From an uncultured Bacillota bacterium (lineage in GTDB: Bacteria > Bacillota_I > Bacilli_A > ML615J-28 > CAG-313): a stretch of 54,036 nucleotides of DNA. Positions 39,623-51,222 of this stretch are shown piece by piece. Location: positions 1 to 54,036 of the forward strand of contig CAMODB010000006.1 in NCBI GenBank assembly GCA_946611195.1, written 5' to 3'. The translations under genes and the position numbers were made by a program. The number at the start of each line of letters is the position of its first letter. The first letter of the stretch is position 1. The notes beneath the pieces are model-generated. The model was given only the letters and a program-made list of their open reading frames with translations. It searched no databases and had not been told where the DNA came from.

Positions 39623-40717
39623 TTATCTAAATCTTCCTTGTAACCAACTTGGAACTTTAGTTTCTTTATTTTCTTCTTCAATTTTATCAGTTTTATTATC
39701 GTTATAATTAGGATTTTGATTAGGCATTGCATCACGATTAATTGATTCTTTAACGTGATTTTTCGTTTTATCAAAACCTGTTGCGATAACATTAACGATT
39801 AATTCACCATTAAGTTCTAAATTGATACCAGTTGATTGTTTGATATTTAAATCTGATGAAGATGCATTTCTGATTTCTTTAACTACATCTTCTACTTCTT
39901 TCATTGTGATTTCTTGATCTGATGTGATTTGGATTATCGCATCTGTAGCACCATTAATATCTATTTCAAGTAATGGTGATTGAATAGCTCTACGAGCTGC
40001 TTCAATAGCACGATTAGGTCCTGATGCAATACCAATACCCATTAAGGCTGTACCATTATCTTTTAAGATACTCTTAACATCCGCAAAGTCGACATTAATA
40101 ATACCTGGTAAATTGATAATATCGGAAATACCTTGAACAGCTCTTTTTAATACATTATCTACTTCGCTGAAAGCTTCTAGATAAGTAGTATTAGTACCAA
40201 TAATTTCTAATAATTTATCATTAGGTATTACGATTAAAGAATCGACATAAGGCTTCATTTCTTCAATTCCTTGAAGAGCTTGTTGCATCCGACGATTACC
40301 TTCAAATCCAAATGGTTTAGTTACAATACCAACGACAACAGCACCAGTATCTTTAGCGCATTGAGCAATGATTGGAGCAGCACCTGTTCCGGTTCCACCA
40401 CCCATACCGGTAGTTATGAAGACCATATCAGCACCTGATAAAGCTTCTTTTATTTCATCGATATTTTCATAAGCAGCATCTTTTCCCACACTTGGATCGC
40501 CACCAACACCTAAACCTTTAGTAAGTTTACGGCCAATTTGAATTCTTTTTTCGGCTTTGGATAAACGGAGTACTTGTGCATCAGTATTAATAACAATATA
40601 TTCTACACCTTTAATATCAGATTCAATCATACGATTTACGGCATTACCACCGCCACCACCAACACCAACTACTTTAATACTTGGTCTGGCTGAAAACATT
40701 TCATTATGATCATCCAT
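39623..40717 (-). CDS. ftsZ: Cell division protein FtsZ
   Basis: [23 protein letters not shown]-terminal VPSWL peptide. Confidence 0.99.
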   Translation of the reverse strand: MDDHNEMFSARPSIKVVGVGGGGGNAVNRMIESDIKGVEYIVINTDAQVLRLSKAEKRIQIGRKLTKGLGVGGDPSVGKDAAYENIDEIKEALSGADMVFITTGMGGGTGTGAAPIIAQCAKDTGAVVVGIVTKPFGFEGNRRMQQALQGIEEMKPYVDSLIVIPNDKLLEIIGTNTTYLEAFSEVDNVLKRAVQGISDIINLPGIINVDFADVKSILKDNGTALMGIGIASGPNRAIEAARRAIQSPLLEIDINGATDAIIQITSDQEITMKEVEDVVKEIRNASSSDLNIKQSTGINLELNGELIVNVIATGFDKTKNHVKESINRDAMPNQNPNYNDNKTDKIEEENKETKVPSWLQGRFR

Positions 40718-40737
40718 TAAATATTACTCCCTTCTAT

Positions 40738-41946
40738 CTATTCTAATTCTAATTTACCTACTCTAATTACATCCCTTGCAATCATTAATTCTTCATTAGT
40801 AGGAACTACTAATACTTTGATTTTTGAATTAGGTGTACTTAATTCTAATTGTTCACCTTTAATCTTATTCTTTTCAAGATCAATTTCTACACCTAAAGCT
40901 TCTTTAATACGGTTATAAACACCTTCACGCATTTCAGGTGATTTTTCACCAATACCAGCAGTAAAGATTATCGCATCACAGCCGCCCATGTAAACGAAAT
41001 ATTGACCAATATAATCTGCAATACTCTTTTCTTGCATACTTAAGATTAAATGTGCTTTGTGATCTCCTGCGGCTTCAAGAGCTCTTACTTCTCTTGCATC
41101 ACTATGTCCAGTAAAGCCATAGAAACCACTCTTTTTATTTAAAATAGTTACGATTTCATCAGCACTCTTTCCTTCATGATTAGAAATGTATTGAACAACT
41201 GCCGGATCAATACGTCCACTTCTTGTTCCCATTACTAAACCATCAAGAGGAGTTAAACCCATTGAAGTATCAACTACTTTACCATATTTGATGGCTGCAA
41301 GTGAAGCACCATTACCAATATGACAAGTAATTAATCTTAATTTTTCTAATGGTTTACCTAACATCTTAGCTGCTTCCATTGATACATATTTATGACTTGT
41401 ACCATGGAAACCATATTTACGAAGACTATATTTTTCATACCATTCATATGGCATTGCATACATAAATGATTCTTCAGGCATTGTTAAATGGAAAGATGTA
41501 TCGAAGACACCAACATTAACAACCCCAGGTAAAGCCTTCATGAAAGCACGAATACCAGTTAAATTAGCAGGATTATGAAGAGGTCCTAAATCACAAACTG
41601 ATTCGACAACCGCAATAGATTCATCATTCATTACTACTGAATCACTATATTTTTCACCGCAGTGGAGAATACGATGTCCAACCCCTTTGATTTCTTTTAA
41701 GTCTTTGACAATTCCTTTTTCAATTAAATCATTAAGTAATTTTTGAACAGCATCACCATGGTTTTTAACTTCACCAACAATTTTAGTTTCTTTCTTACCA
41801 TTAAATTTAATTGTATAAATTGGTTCATCTTGACCAATCTTTTCAAAGATACCTTCTGTGATAACTTCTTCTTTTTGTTTTGTCATTTCTAGTAGTTGAA
41901 ATTTTAATGAAGAACTACCAGCATTAACAGACATAATCTTGCTCAT
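40738..41946 (-). CDS. ackA: Acetate kinase
   Basis: NAGSSSLK, GHR, PLHNP, YGFHGTSH, PTNEEL. Confidence 0.98.
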   Translation of the reverse strand: MSKIMSVNAGSSSLKFQLLEMTKQKEEVITEGIFEKIGQDEPIYTIKFNGKKETKIVGEVKNHGDAVQKLLNDLIEKGIVKDLKEIKGVGHRILHCGEKYSDSVVMNDESIAVVESVCDLGPLHNPANLTGIRAFMKALPGVVNVGVFDTSFHLTMPEESFMYAMPYEWYEKYSLRKYGFHGTSHKYVSMEAAKMLGKPLEKLRLITCHIGNGASLAAIKYGKVVDTSMGLTPLDGLVMGTRSGRIDPAVVQYISNHEGKSADEIVTILNKKSGFYGFTGHSDAREVRALEAAGDHKAHLILSMQEKSIADYIGQYFVYMGGCDAIIFTAGIGEKSPEMREGVYNRIKEALGVEIDLEKNKIKGEQLELSTPNSKIKVLVVPTNEELMIARDVIRVGKLELE

Positions 41947-42027
41947 AACATTATTCCTCCAATGTTTACTTCTTTATAATTATACCACAAAAGTAAAAAT
42001 TTTACCAACGATATAATTAGAATTTTT

Positions 42028-44059
<2,032 letters not shown>

Positions 44060-44128
44060 TTATTATAATTAATTATACTAAAAAACAAAGATTTTTTCTA
44101 GTTAAAAACATATTATTATAAAATAAAA

Positions 44129-44162
44129 ACTCTTAAAGAATATATATAAATCCTTTAAGAGT
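44129..44162 (-). terminator. Putative terminator after pgi
   Basis: ACTCTTAAAG...CTTTAAGAGT with a T-run on the minus strand. Confidence 0.6.
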
Positions 44163-44176
44163 CTATAATTTTTTAT

Positions 44177-45493
44177 TTATTTTTTAAGAAGAGCTTTTCT
44201 TAATTCTTCATAACCTGGTTTATTAAGTAAGGCAAACATATTCTTTTTATATGATTCTACACCTGGTTGATTAAATGGGTTAATACCACTCATATAACAA
44301 GTTATACCACAACTAAACATAAAGAAATATAATAAATAACCTAAATTATATTCATCAATTTTATCAACTTCAATTACTAAATTAGGAACGCCTCCATCAA
44401 CATGAGCTAAGATTGTTCCTTCCATAGCCATCTTGGATACATAATCAAGATTAACACCTTCTAGATAATTTAAGCCATCTAAATCAACTTCTTCTTTAGC
44501 CATCTTCATATCACTATTAGGTTGTTTAATATTAAGAACTGTTTCAAACATTAAACGACTACCTTCTTGAACAAATTGACCCATAGAATGTAAATCAGTG
44601 GAATAAATTAAACTAGCTGGATAAATTCCTTTGTTTTCTTTTCCTTCTGATTCACCATATAATTGTTTCCACCATTCAGCTAGATATGCTAATTTAGGTT
44701 CAAAACTTACTAATATTTCAATTCCTTTTTTAGTACCTAATAAATGACGATAACATGCATATTGAAGGAAAGGACTATTCTTAAAATCTAAACTTAAGGC
44801 ATCATTTCTTGAATCTATTGACCCTTTCATTAATTGATCAATATCAAAGCCTGCTGCCGCAATAGGAAGTAAACCAACCGCTGTAAACCAAGAATAACGA
44901 CCACCAATATCATCAGGAACAATAAAGGTTTCATATCCTTCCGAATTAGCTAAAGTTCTTAAAGCACCTTTTTGTTTATCTGTTGTTGCGTAAATACGTT
45001 TACTTGCTTCAGCTTTACCTACTTTTTTGATTAATAATTCTTTTAATAATCTAAAAGCAATCGCTGGTTCGGTAGTAGTACCTGATTTAGAAATAACATT
45101 TAAAGAGAAAGATTTATTTTCAAGATATTTTAATAATTCTACCATGTATGATGCGGATAAATTGTTTCCCGCAAAAATAATTTCTAAATCTTTTCCCTTT
45201 TTAAAATAAGGTTTTAAAGCTTCAATGACCGCTTTAGCTCCAAGATAAGAACCACCAATACCAATCACAACTAAAACCTCAGAATCATTTCTAATTTTTT
45301 GAGCTGCTTTTTTGATACGATCATATTCTTCTTTATCATAATTAATTGGATAATCAATCCAACCTAAGAAATCATTACCTAATCCATTTTTGTTAACTAA
45401 AGTTTTATAACTCTCAATTGCTTTTTCTTCTTCTAATTTTAATTCAGCTTGATTTACAAATTTAAGAATATTTTGATTATTTATTTTTAACAT
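44177..45493 (-). CDS. pgi: Glucose-6-phosphate isomerase
   Basis: GIGGSYLG, SKSGTTTE, GGRYS, ESEGK, QPGVE. Confidence 0.98.
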   Translation of the reverse strand: MLKINNQNILKFVNQAELKLEEEKAIESYKTLVNKNGLGNDFLGWIDYPINYDKEEYDRIKKAAQKIRNDSEVLVVIGIGGSYLGAKAVIEALKPYFKKGKDLEIIFAGNNLSASYMVELLKYLENKSFSLNVISKSGTTTEPAIAFRLLKELLIKKVGKAEASKRIYATTDKQKGALRTLANSEGYETFIVPDDIGGRYSWFTAVGLLPIAAAGFDIDQLMKGSIDSRNDALSLDFKNSPFLQYACYRHLLGTKKGIEILVSFEPKLAYLAEWWKQLYGESEGKENKGIYPASLIYSTDLHSMGQFVQEGSRLMFETVLNIKQPNSDMKMAKEEVDLDGLNYLEGVNLDYVSKMAMEGTILAHVDGGVPNLVIEVDKIDEYNLGYLLYFFMFSCGITCYMSGINPFNQPGVESYKKNMFALLNKPGYEELRKALLKK

Positions 45494-45495
45494 AA

Positions 45496-47178
45496 TTATT
45501 TGATATTATTAACTATTGTTAATAATTCCTTTCTTAATTTTTCAATAAATTCTTGAGCATCTTTTTTATTCTTACCACAGATTGCGATATAGATTTTTAA
45601 TTTAGGTTCAGTTCCTGATGGTCGAAGGGCAAAATAGCCACCATCAGAGAATATATATCTTAGAACTAAAGATTTAGGTAAAGTAATCGGTTCTAATTTT
45701 TCATTTTCTTTGGCGACACTCTTATCATAATCTTCAATTCTAATTATTTTTTTGCCAGCCATTTCTTTAAAATCACTATTTTGGAAATGTGCCATAATGC
45801 GTTTAATCTTTTCGCTTCCTTCAAGGCCTGCTAACGCAATATTTTCTACATCTTCAAGGTAATAACCATATTCTTCATAAATTTCATCTAAAACATTAAC
45901 GAGAGTTTTACCTCTTTCTTTATAATAAGATGCGACTTCACAAAGAAGTAAGGTAGCTTGGAAAGAATCTTTATCACGTACAAATGGGGAAACTACACAT
46001 CCATAACTTTCTTCATAACCAAAGAAGAATGATTTATTTGTTCCTTCGAGTAAAGCTGCTTGTTCACCAATATATTTAAAGCCTGTTAAAGTTTGAACTA
46101 GTGTTAAATTATGTTTTTCACAAATAGCTTTTGCGATATTAGAAGTAACAATCGTATTATAAACATAAGAATTCTTATCATGTTTTTTATTTAATGCTAA
46201 ATAATTAAGGAGAATAGCTCCCGTTTGATTACCTGTTAATAATTGATATTCACCATTATTATCTTTAGCAGCAATACCCATTCTATCAGCATCAGGATCA
46301 GTTGCGATTAAGATATCCGCATCAATTTCTTTACCAAGTTTTAAAGATAATTCAAAAGCACTAGGTTCTTCCGGATTTGGTAATTTTAAAGTTGAAAATT
46401 CACTATCAGCTACCATTTGTTCTTTAACTGGATAAACATATTTATAGCCACAATCTTTAAGTAAATGTTCCATATGAACAAGTCCTGTACCATGTAGTGG
46501 TGTATAAACAATCTTAATATTGTCTTTTTTAACATCATTTACCGCAATGGATTTTACTTGACTTAAATATTTATCATCTATTTCTTTATCAATAATTTTG
46601 ATTTCCGCATTTTTCGAACCTTGAATATTAAACATGTCTTTAACATTTTCAATTTCTTTGGTTACCATATCAGCATATTCAGGGATTAATTGACAACCAG
46701 CATCATCATATACTTTATAACCATTATATTGAGGTGGATTATGGCTTGCGGTAATCATAATACCGCCAACACATTTAAGACTTCTTACCGCAAAACTTAA
46801 TTCTGGGGTTGGACGAAGATCTGAGAATAGATATACTTTCATACCAAAGCTAGATAATACTTCTGCACTGGCTCTCGCAAATTCTTTACTCTTTCTTCGA
46901 CAATCATAGGCGATAGCTACACCTCTTTCTAACGCATCAGGATAACGTTTAACCATATAATTAAAGAATCCTAAAGTTGTCTTCTTAACGATGTAGATGT
47001 TCATTCTATTTGTTCCAACGCCAATAATGCCTCTTAGACCAGCTGTACCAAAAGAGATATCGGCACCAAAAGCATCATAAAGAGCTTTTTCATCCATTGA
47101 ATCTAATTCTTTTTTTAAACTAGGTTCAAGGTTTGCTTGTTTCCATTCATCAATTTTTAATTGTATTTTTTTATCCAT
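45496..47178 (-). CDS. pgm: Phosphoglucomutase/phosphomannomutase
   Basis: FGTAGLRG, TASHNP, DPDADR, GYEESYG, RPSGTEPK. Confidence 0.93.
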   Translation of the reverse strand: MDKKIQLKIDEWKQANLEPSLKKELDSMDEKALYDAFGADISFGTAGLRGIIGVGTNRMNIYIVKKTTLGFFNYMVKRYPDALERGVAIAYDCRRKSKEFARASAEVLSSFGMKVYLFSDLRPTPELSFAVRSLKCVGGIMITASHNPPQYNGYKVYDDAGCQLIPEYADMVTKEIENVKDMFNIQGSKNAEIKIIDKEIDDKYLSQVKSIAVNDVKKDNIKIVYTPLHGTGLVHMEHLLKDCGYKYVYPVKEQMVADSEFSTLKLPNPEEPSAFELSLKLGKEIDADILIATDPDADRMGIAAKDNNGEYQLLTGNQTGAILLNYLALNKKHDKNSYVYNTIVTSNIAKAICEKHNLTLVQTLTGFKYIGEQAALLEGTNKSFFFGYEESYGCVVSPFVRDKDSFQATLLLCEVASYYKERGKTLVNVLDEIYEEYGYYLEDVENIALAGLEGSEKIKRIMAHFQNSDFKEMAGKKIIRIEDYDKSVAKENEKLEPITLPKSLVLRYIFSDGGYFALRPSGTEPKLKIYIAICGKNKKDAQEFIEKLRKELLTIVNNIK

Positions 47179-48057
47179 TTACTTATCCTCTCCATATTTA
47201 TCAATAAAATTACAATAAGCTCCTAACATTCCACCATCATTTTGGAATTTAGCAGGAATGATATCTAATGTATCTTGGAAACCTTCTACCAAGAAATAAT
47301 CAGAATAGGCATTAACTTCTTTACCAAAACCAACTCTGGCAGAAATACCACCACCAATAATTATTGCTTCAGGATTAAAGATATATACTAAGTTAGCAAT
47401 ACCACGACCTAAATTTTGATAAAATTCACTAATTACGATGGAAGCTACTGGATTACCTTGATCATATAAATCAAAAACTTCTTTTCCGTCTTTAACATCT
47501 AAACCACGTAATTTAGCAGCTTTAACTAAAGCTGTAATGGATGCCATATCTTCCCAACGAATACCATTGATAAGCATTCTACCAATTTCACCCGCATTAT
47601 AATTATTACCACGCCATACTTGATTATTAACAACGATAGCGCCACCAATACCTGTTCCGACTGTCATAACAAGATATGTTTTATATTTCATGCCAGCACC
47701 CATTTTACATTCGCATGCCGCAAAAGAATTTACATCATTATCTGCTACTAAATCAAGATCTAGTTCTTTTTTAAATAATTCTTTAAAATTCCAATCACCA
47801 AATTCTGGAATACTATAGGGTGGAGTAATCATTATTCCTTTGTCATAATCAATACTTCCAGCACAAGAGATACCAACACCTTTAATATTAGGATATTCTT
47901 TTTTAACCTTTTTAGCGTACATCAAAAGTCTTTGTGTCACATCTTGATGACCTTGTTTATAATTAGTTGGAAAACTATCTTTATAAATAATTTTTCCATC
48001 TTCTACTACCCCATATTTAATATTGGTACCACCAATATCAAAACATAATACTTGCAT
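47179..48057 (-). CDS. ROK-family sugar kinase
   Basis: DIGGT, NDVN, GTGIGG, AGEIG. Confidence 0.92.
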   Translation of the reverse strand: MQVLCFDIGGTNIKYGVVEDGKIIYKDSFPTNYKQGHQDVTQRLLMYAKKVKKEYPNIKGVGISCAGSIDYDKGIMITPPYSIPEFGDWNFKELFKKELDLDLVADNDVNSFAACECKMGAGMKYKTYLVMTVGTGIGGAIVVNNQVWRGNNYNAGEIGRMLINGIRWEDMASITALVKAAKLRGLDVKDGKEVFDLYDQGNPVASIVISEFYQNLGRGIANLVYIFNPEAIIIGGGISARVGFGKEVNAYSDYFLVEGFQDTLDIIPAKFQNDGGMLGAYCNFIDKYGEDK

Positions 48058-48066
48058 AAAAACTCC

Positions 48067-51000
48067 TTATAATGTTTTTAAGTCTTCCACCACAATTTGG
48101 TTTTGACTATTTTTTTCATTTAATCTAACACTACCGAATAATTCAACCATAGTATTTTCTTCTATATTTTGAACTTTTTGATAGGCGATTGGGAAAATAA
48201 CACATTCAACTTGACTAGTATTATCTGTTAAAATAAAACGAGCCATATTTTCACTTTTCTTTGTCTTCATATTTTTTAATTTTTCTACTTTTCCCATTGT
48301 ATGAATTTGCATATTAAGTTTAATATCTTTTAATCTTACAAGTCCTTTTTCTTCATATAGACCAGCATATTGAACAAAGAAATTATATTTTATATTGAGA
48401 CCAATCGCTTCTTTTTCTCTTTCACTTAAGGTTGTAAATGAATATTCATCTTGAGGATATTCAATTTCTCTTAAGCCTGGTAGATCACTATAATCAGCCA
48501 TATCAATATGGGTTTTAGCTGTTTCAATTAAGGCCTTTTTTGTTAAGCCAAAGATATCTAAAGCCCCACTATAAATAATATTAGTTATAACAGATAGAGA
48601 TAAAAAGTTTTTCGTTCTTTCAATGAAATCCTTATAAGATTTAAAACGACCTTTTTCTCTTTCCTTTATTATTTCTTTTATTTTAACATTACCTAAACCT
48701 TTAATACCATTTAAAGGATACACTATTCCTCCTTGAACAGGAAGGAAACGATCTAAACTATAATTAATATCTGGTGGGAAAACAGTAATATTACATTTTA
48801 AACATTCTTTATAATATTCATTGACATCTTTATCACTACCAAGAACTGATGAATAAAGAACCCCTAAATAATAATTTGGATAATAATATTTTAAATAAGC
48901 TGTTTGATAAGCTAATTTTGCGTAAGCAACACTATGAGCTTTATTGAAACCATAATCTGCAAATTTAACAATATAATCATATATCTTTTGCGCATCGCTT
49001 TCTAAATAACCATTTCTTACTGATGAAGAAACAAATTTAGTTCTTTCTTCTTCTAATACTTCTTTTTTCTTTTTAGCTACTGCTCGTCTTAAGACATCAG
49101 CTTTACCTAAACTGTATCCCGCAAATGTTGTTGCAATAAGCATAATTTGTTCTTGATATACAATTGTTCCATAAGTATCTTTTAAGATTTCTTTTAAAAT
49201 AGGATGCGGATATTCGACTTGTTCTTTTCCAAATTTACGATCAATAAAATGATTAATTTCATCCATTGGTCCAGGTCGATATAGAGCTATTGCGCTAACA
49301 AGATCTGAGAAGGAAGAAATATTCATTCTTTTTAAAACACTAATCATCCCCTCTGATTCTAATTGGAAGACACCTAAAACATTTCCATTGGCTAACATTT
49401 TATAAACTCGTGGATCATTTTCATCTTTAGGTAATTTAAATAAGGGATTATCATGGTGAATTAAATTGATTGTCGCAGCAATATTTGTTAAATTCTTTAG
49501 GGCCAATAAATCCATCTTAAGTAAGCCTAATTCTTCTAAATCAGGGGCTTCAAGTTGTGTTTGTAAGATATTATCAACACTTAAATCTAAAGCTGTATAA
49601 TTAGTTAAATCATTTTTTGTAATTAAGATACCAGCTGTATGAGTTGATTTATTGCTTGGTAAATTGTAGATAAGACATGCTGCTTTAAGTAGATTTGCAA
49701 TATCATCATAACTTGCAATTAATTGTTTAATCTTTTCATTTTTTTCTATTATTTCTGGCAAACTAATTTCGCTATTTAAACCTAATTCATAATCGACATA
49801 TTTTAATACTTCTTTTAAATGACTATCGTTTATTTTATAAACACGAGCTGTATTACCAATGGCACTTCTCACTTGGAAAGTTTGGAAAGTACAAATATGA
49901 GCAACCCGATTAATACCATATTTTTGACTAATATAATCGATTACTTGACCTCTTTTATCATTTTGAAAGTCGATATCAATATCCGGCATGGTTATCCGTT
50001 CTTTATTTAAGAATCTTTCAAATAACAAATTATATTTAATTGGGTCAATATCTGTGATGCCAAGACTGAAGGCGACTAAGCTTGCACCAGCCGAACCACG
50101 CCCAGGACCAACCATGATTTGGTTTTTCTTAGCATATTTAACATAATCATAAACGATTAAGAAATAATCATTAAAGCCCATTTCATTAATGGTATTTAAT
50201 TCATAATCAAGGCGTTTTAGATATATATTAGGATTAACTCTTTCCATAGTGGAAAGTCTTTTCTTTAAACCAAAATGAGCTAATTCATATAAATATCTTC
50301 TCGCATCTAATCCTTCTTGATATTGGGGAACTAAATAACCTTCAAAGCCAATATCTACTTGGCATTTATCACTTATTTCTTTCGTGTTATTTATTAATTC
50401 TGGACAAGATCGATATAAGAATTCCATTTCTTGATTCGATTTGAAATAAGCTTCTTTTTCTTCATCATTTAATTTTACTTCTGTAGCGTTATTAGCTAAA
50501 CTTCTTAAGACACGATATCCTTCTAAATCAGTTTCTTCTAAATAATAAATTGGCGTTACCGCAACCATTTTTTTACCAAGTTTTTTATAAAAATCATAGG
50601 TCGCATTTAAAGAGAAATGAGCATTAAGACCAATATAAAAATCTTGATAAATATTATTAATTTTATTTAAATGATCAATTATTAATTGATTACGATTTGG
50701 TAAATAATTATTAATTGTTCTTTCGACACCATAGCTTACCGCAAGAACGCCATCTGAATTATTTTGTAAATCAGCTAATGTTAAAGGACTATTCTTCGTT
50801 TTTAATAAAGTAGATAATCGCAAAAGATTTTGATAACCTATTTTATTTTTTGCGTAAACAAGTAGCGTAAATATTGTATTATTAAATTGATAATCTAATT
50901 TTAGACCAAAGATAAATTTAATGTTTTCTTTTTTACAAGCTTTATAGAGTTTTAAATATGCATGAGTAGTATTATCATCTGTTACCGCAAGACTATTCAA

Positions 51001-51096
51001 ACCATATTCTTTACATTTCTCTATTAATTTATCAATGTGGCATGTACTATGCAACATTGAATATTCACTAAATACATATAATGGTGTATAATTCAT
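48067..51096 (-). CDS. dnaE: DNA polymerase III alpha subunit (DnaE)
   Basis: GPGRGSA, FERFLN, PDIDID, KMDLL, YGFNKAHS, C-terminal OB fold. Confidence 0.97.
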   Translation of the reverse strand: MNYTPLYVFSEYSMLHSTCHIDKLIEKCKEYGLNSLAVTDDNTTHAYLKLYKACKKENIKFIFGLKLDYQFNNTIFTLLVYAKNKIGYQNLLRLSTLLKTKNSPLTLADLQNNSDGVLAVSYGVERTINNYLPNRNQLIIDHLNKINNIYQDFYIGLNAHFSLNATYDFYKKLGKKMVAVTPIYYLEETDLEGYRVLRSLANNATEVKLNDEEKEAYFKSNQEMEFLYRSCPELINNTKEISDKCQVDIGFEGYLVPQYQEGLDARRYLYELAHFGLKKRLSTMERVNPNIYLKRLDYELNTINEMGFNDYFLIVYDYVKYAKKNQIMVGPGRGSAGASLVAFSLGITDIDPIKYNLLFERFLNKERITMPDIDIDFQNDKRGQVIDYISQKYGINRVAHICTFQTFQVRSAIGNTARVYKINDSHLKEVLKYVDYELGLNSEISLPEIIEKNEKIKQLIASYDDIANLLKAACLIYNLPSNKSTHTAGILITKNDLTNYTALDLSVDNILQTQLEAPDLEELGLLKMDLLALKNLTNIAATINLIHHDNPLFKLPKDENDPRVYKMLANGNVLGVFQLESEGMISVLKRMNISSFSDLVSAIALYRPGPMDEINHFIDRKFGKEQVEYPHPILKEILKDTYGTIVYQEQIMLIATTFAGYSLGKADVLRRAVAKKKKEVLEEERTKFVSSSVRNGYLESDAQKIYDYIVKFADYGFNKAHSVAYAKLAYQTAYLKYYYPNYYLGVLYSSVLGSDKDVNEYYKECLKCNITVFPPDINYSLDRFLPVQGGIVYPLNGIKGLGNVKIKEIIKEREKGRFKSYKDFIERTKNFLSLSVITNIIYSGALDIFGLTKKALIETAKTHIDMADYSDLPGLREIEYPQDEYSFTTLSEREKEAIGLNIKYNFFVQYAGLYEEKGLVRLKDIKLNMQIHTMGKVEKLKNMKTKKSENMARFILTDNTSQVECVIFPIAYQKVQNIEENTMVELFGSVRLNEKNSQNQIVVEDLKTL

Positions 51097-51171
51097 GCCT
51101 AGTCCTCCACTTATATTATACTAAATTTTGTTTTAATTGTTATAAAATAAGATAGTTATTTTTTATAAAAA

Positions 51172-51220
51172 GAAAAGTATTTTAGAAACTTTATTTTTTT
51201 AAAGTCCTAAAATACTTTTT
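51172..51220 (-). terminator. Putative terminator
   Basis: AAAAGTATTTTAG...CTAAAATACTTTT inverted repeat. Confidence 0.6.
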
Positions 51221-51222
51221 CT

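Noticed and set aside
51000-51096. Degenerate PHP metal ligands in DnaE
   Set aside because: Common in DnaE of low-GC Gram-positive lineages that also use PolC.
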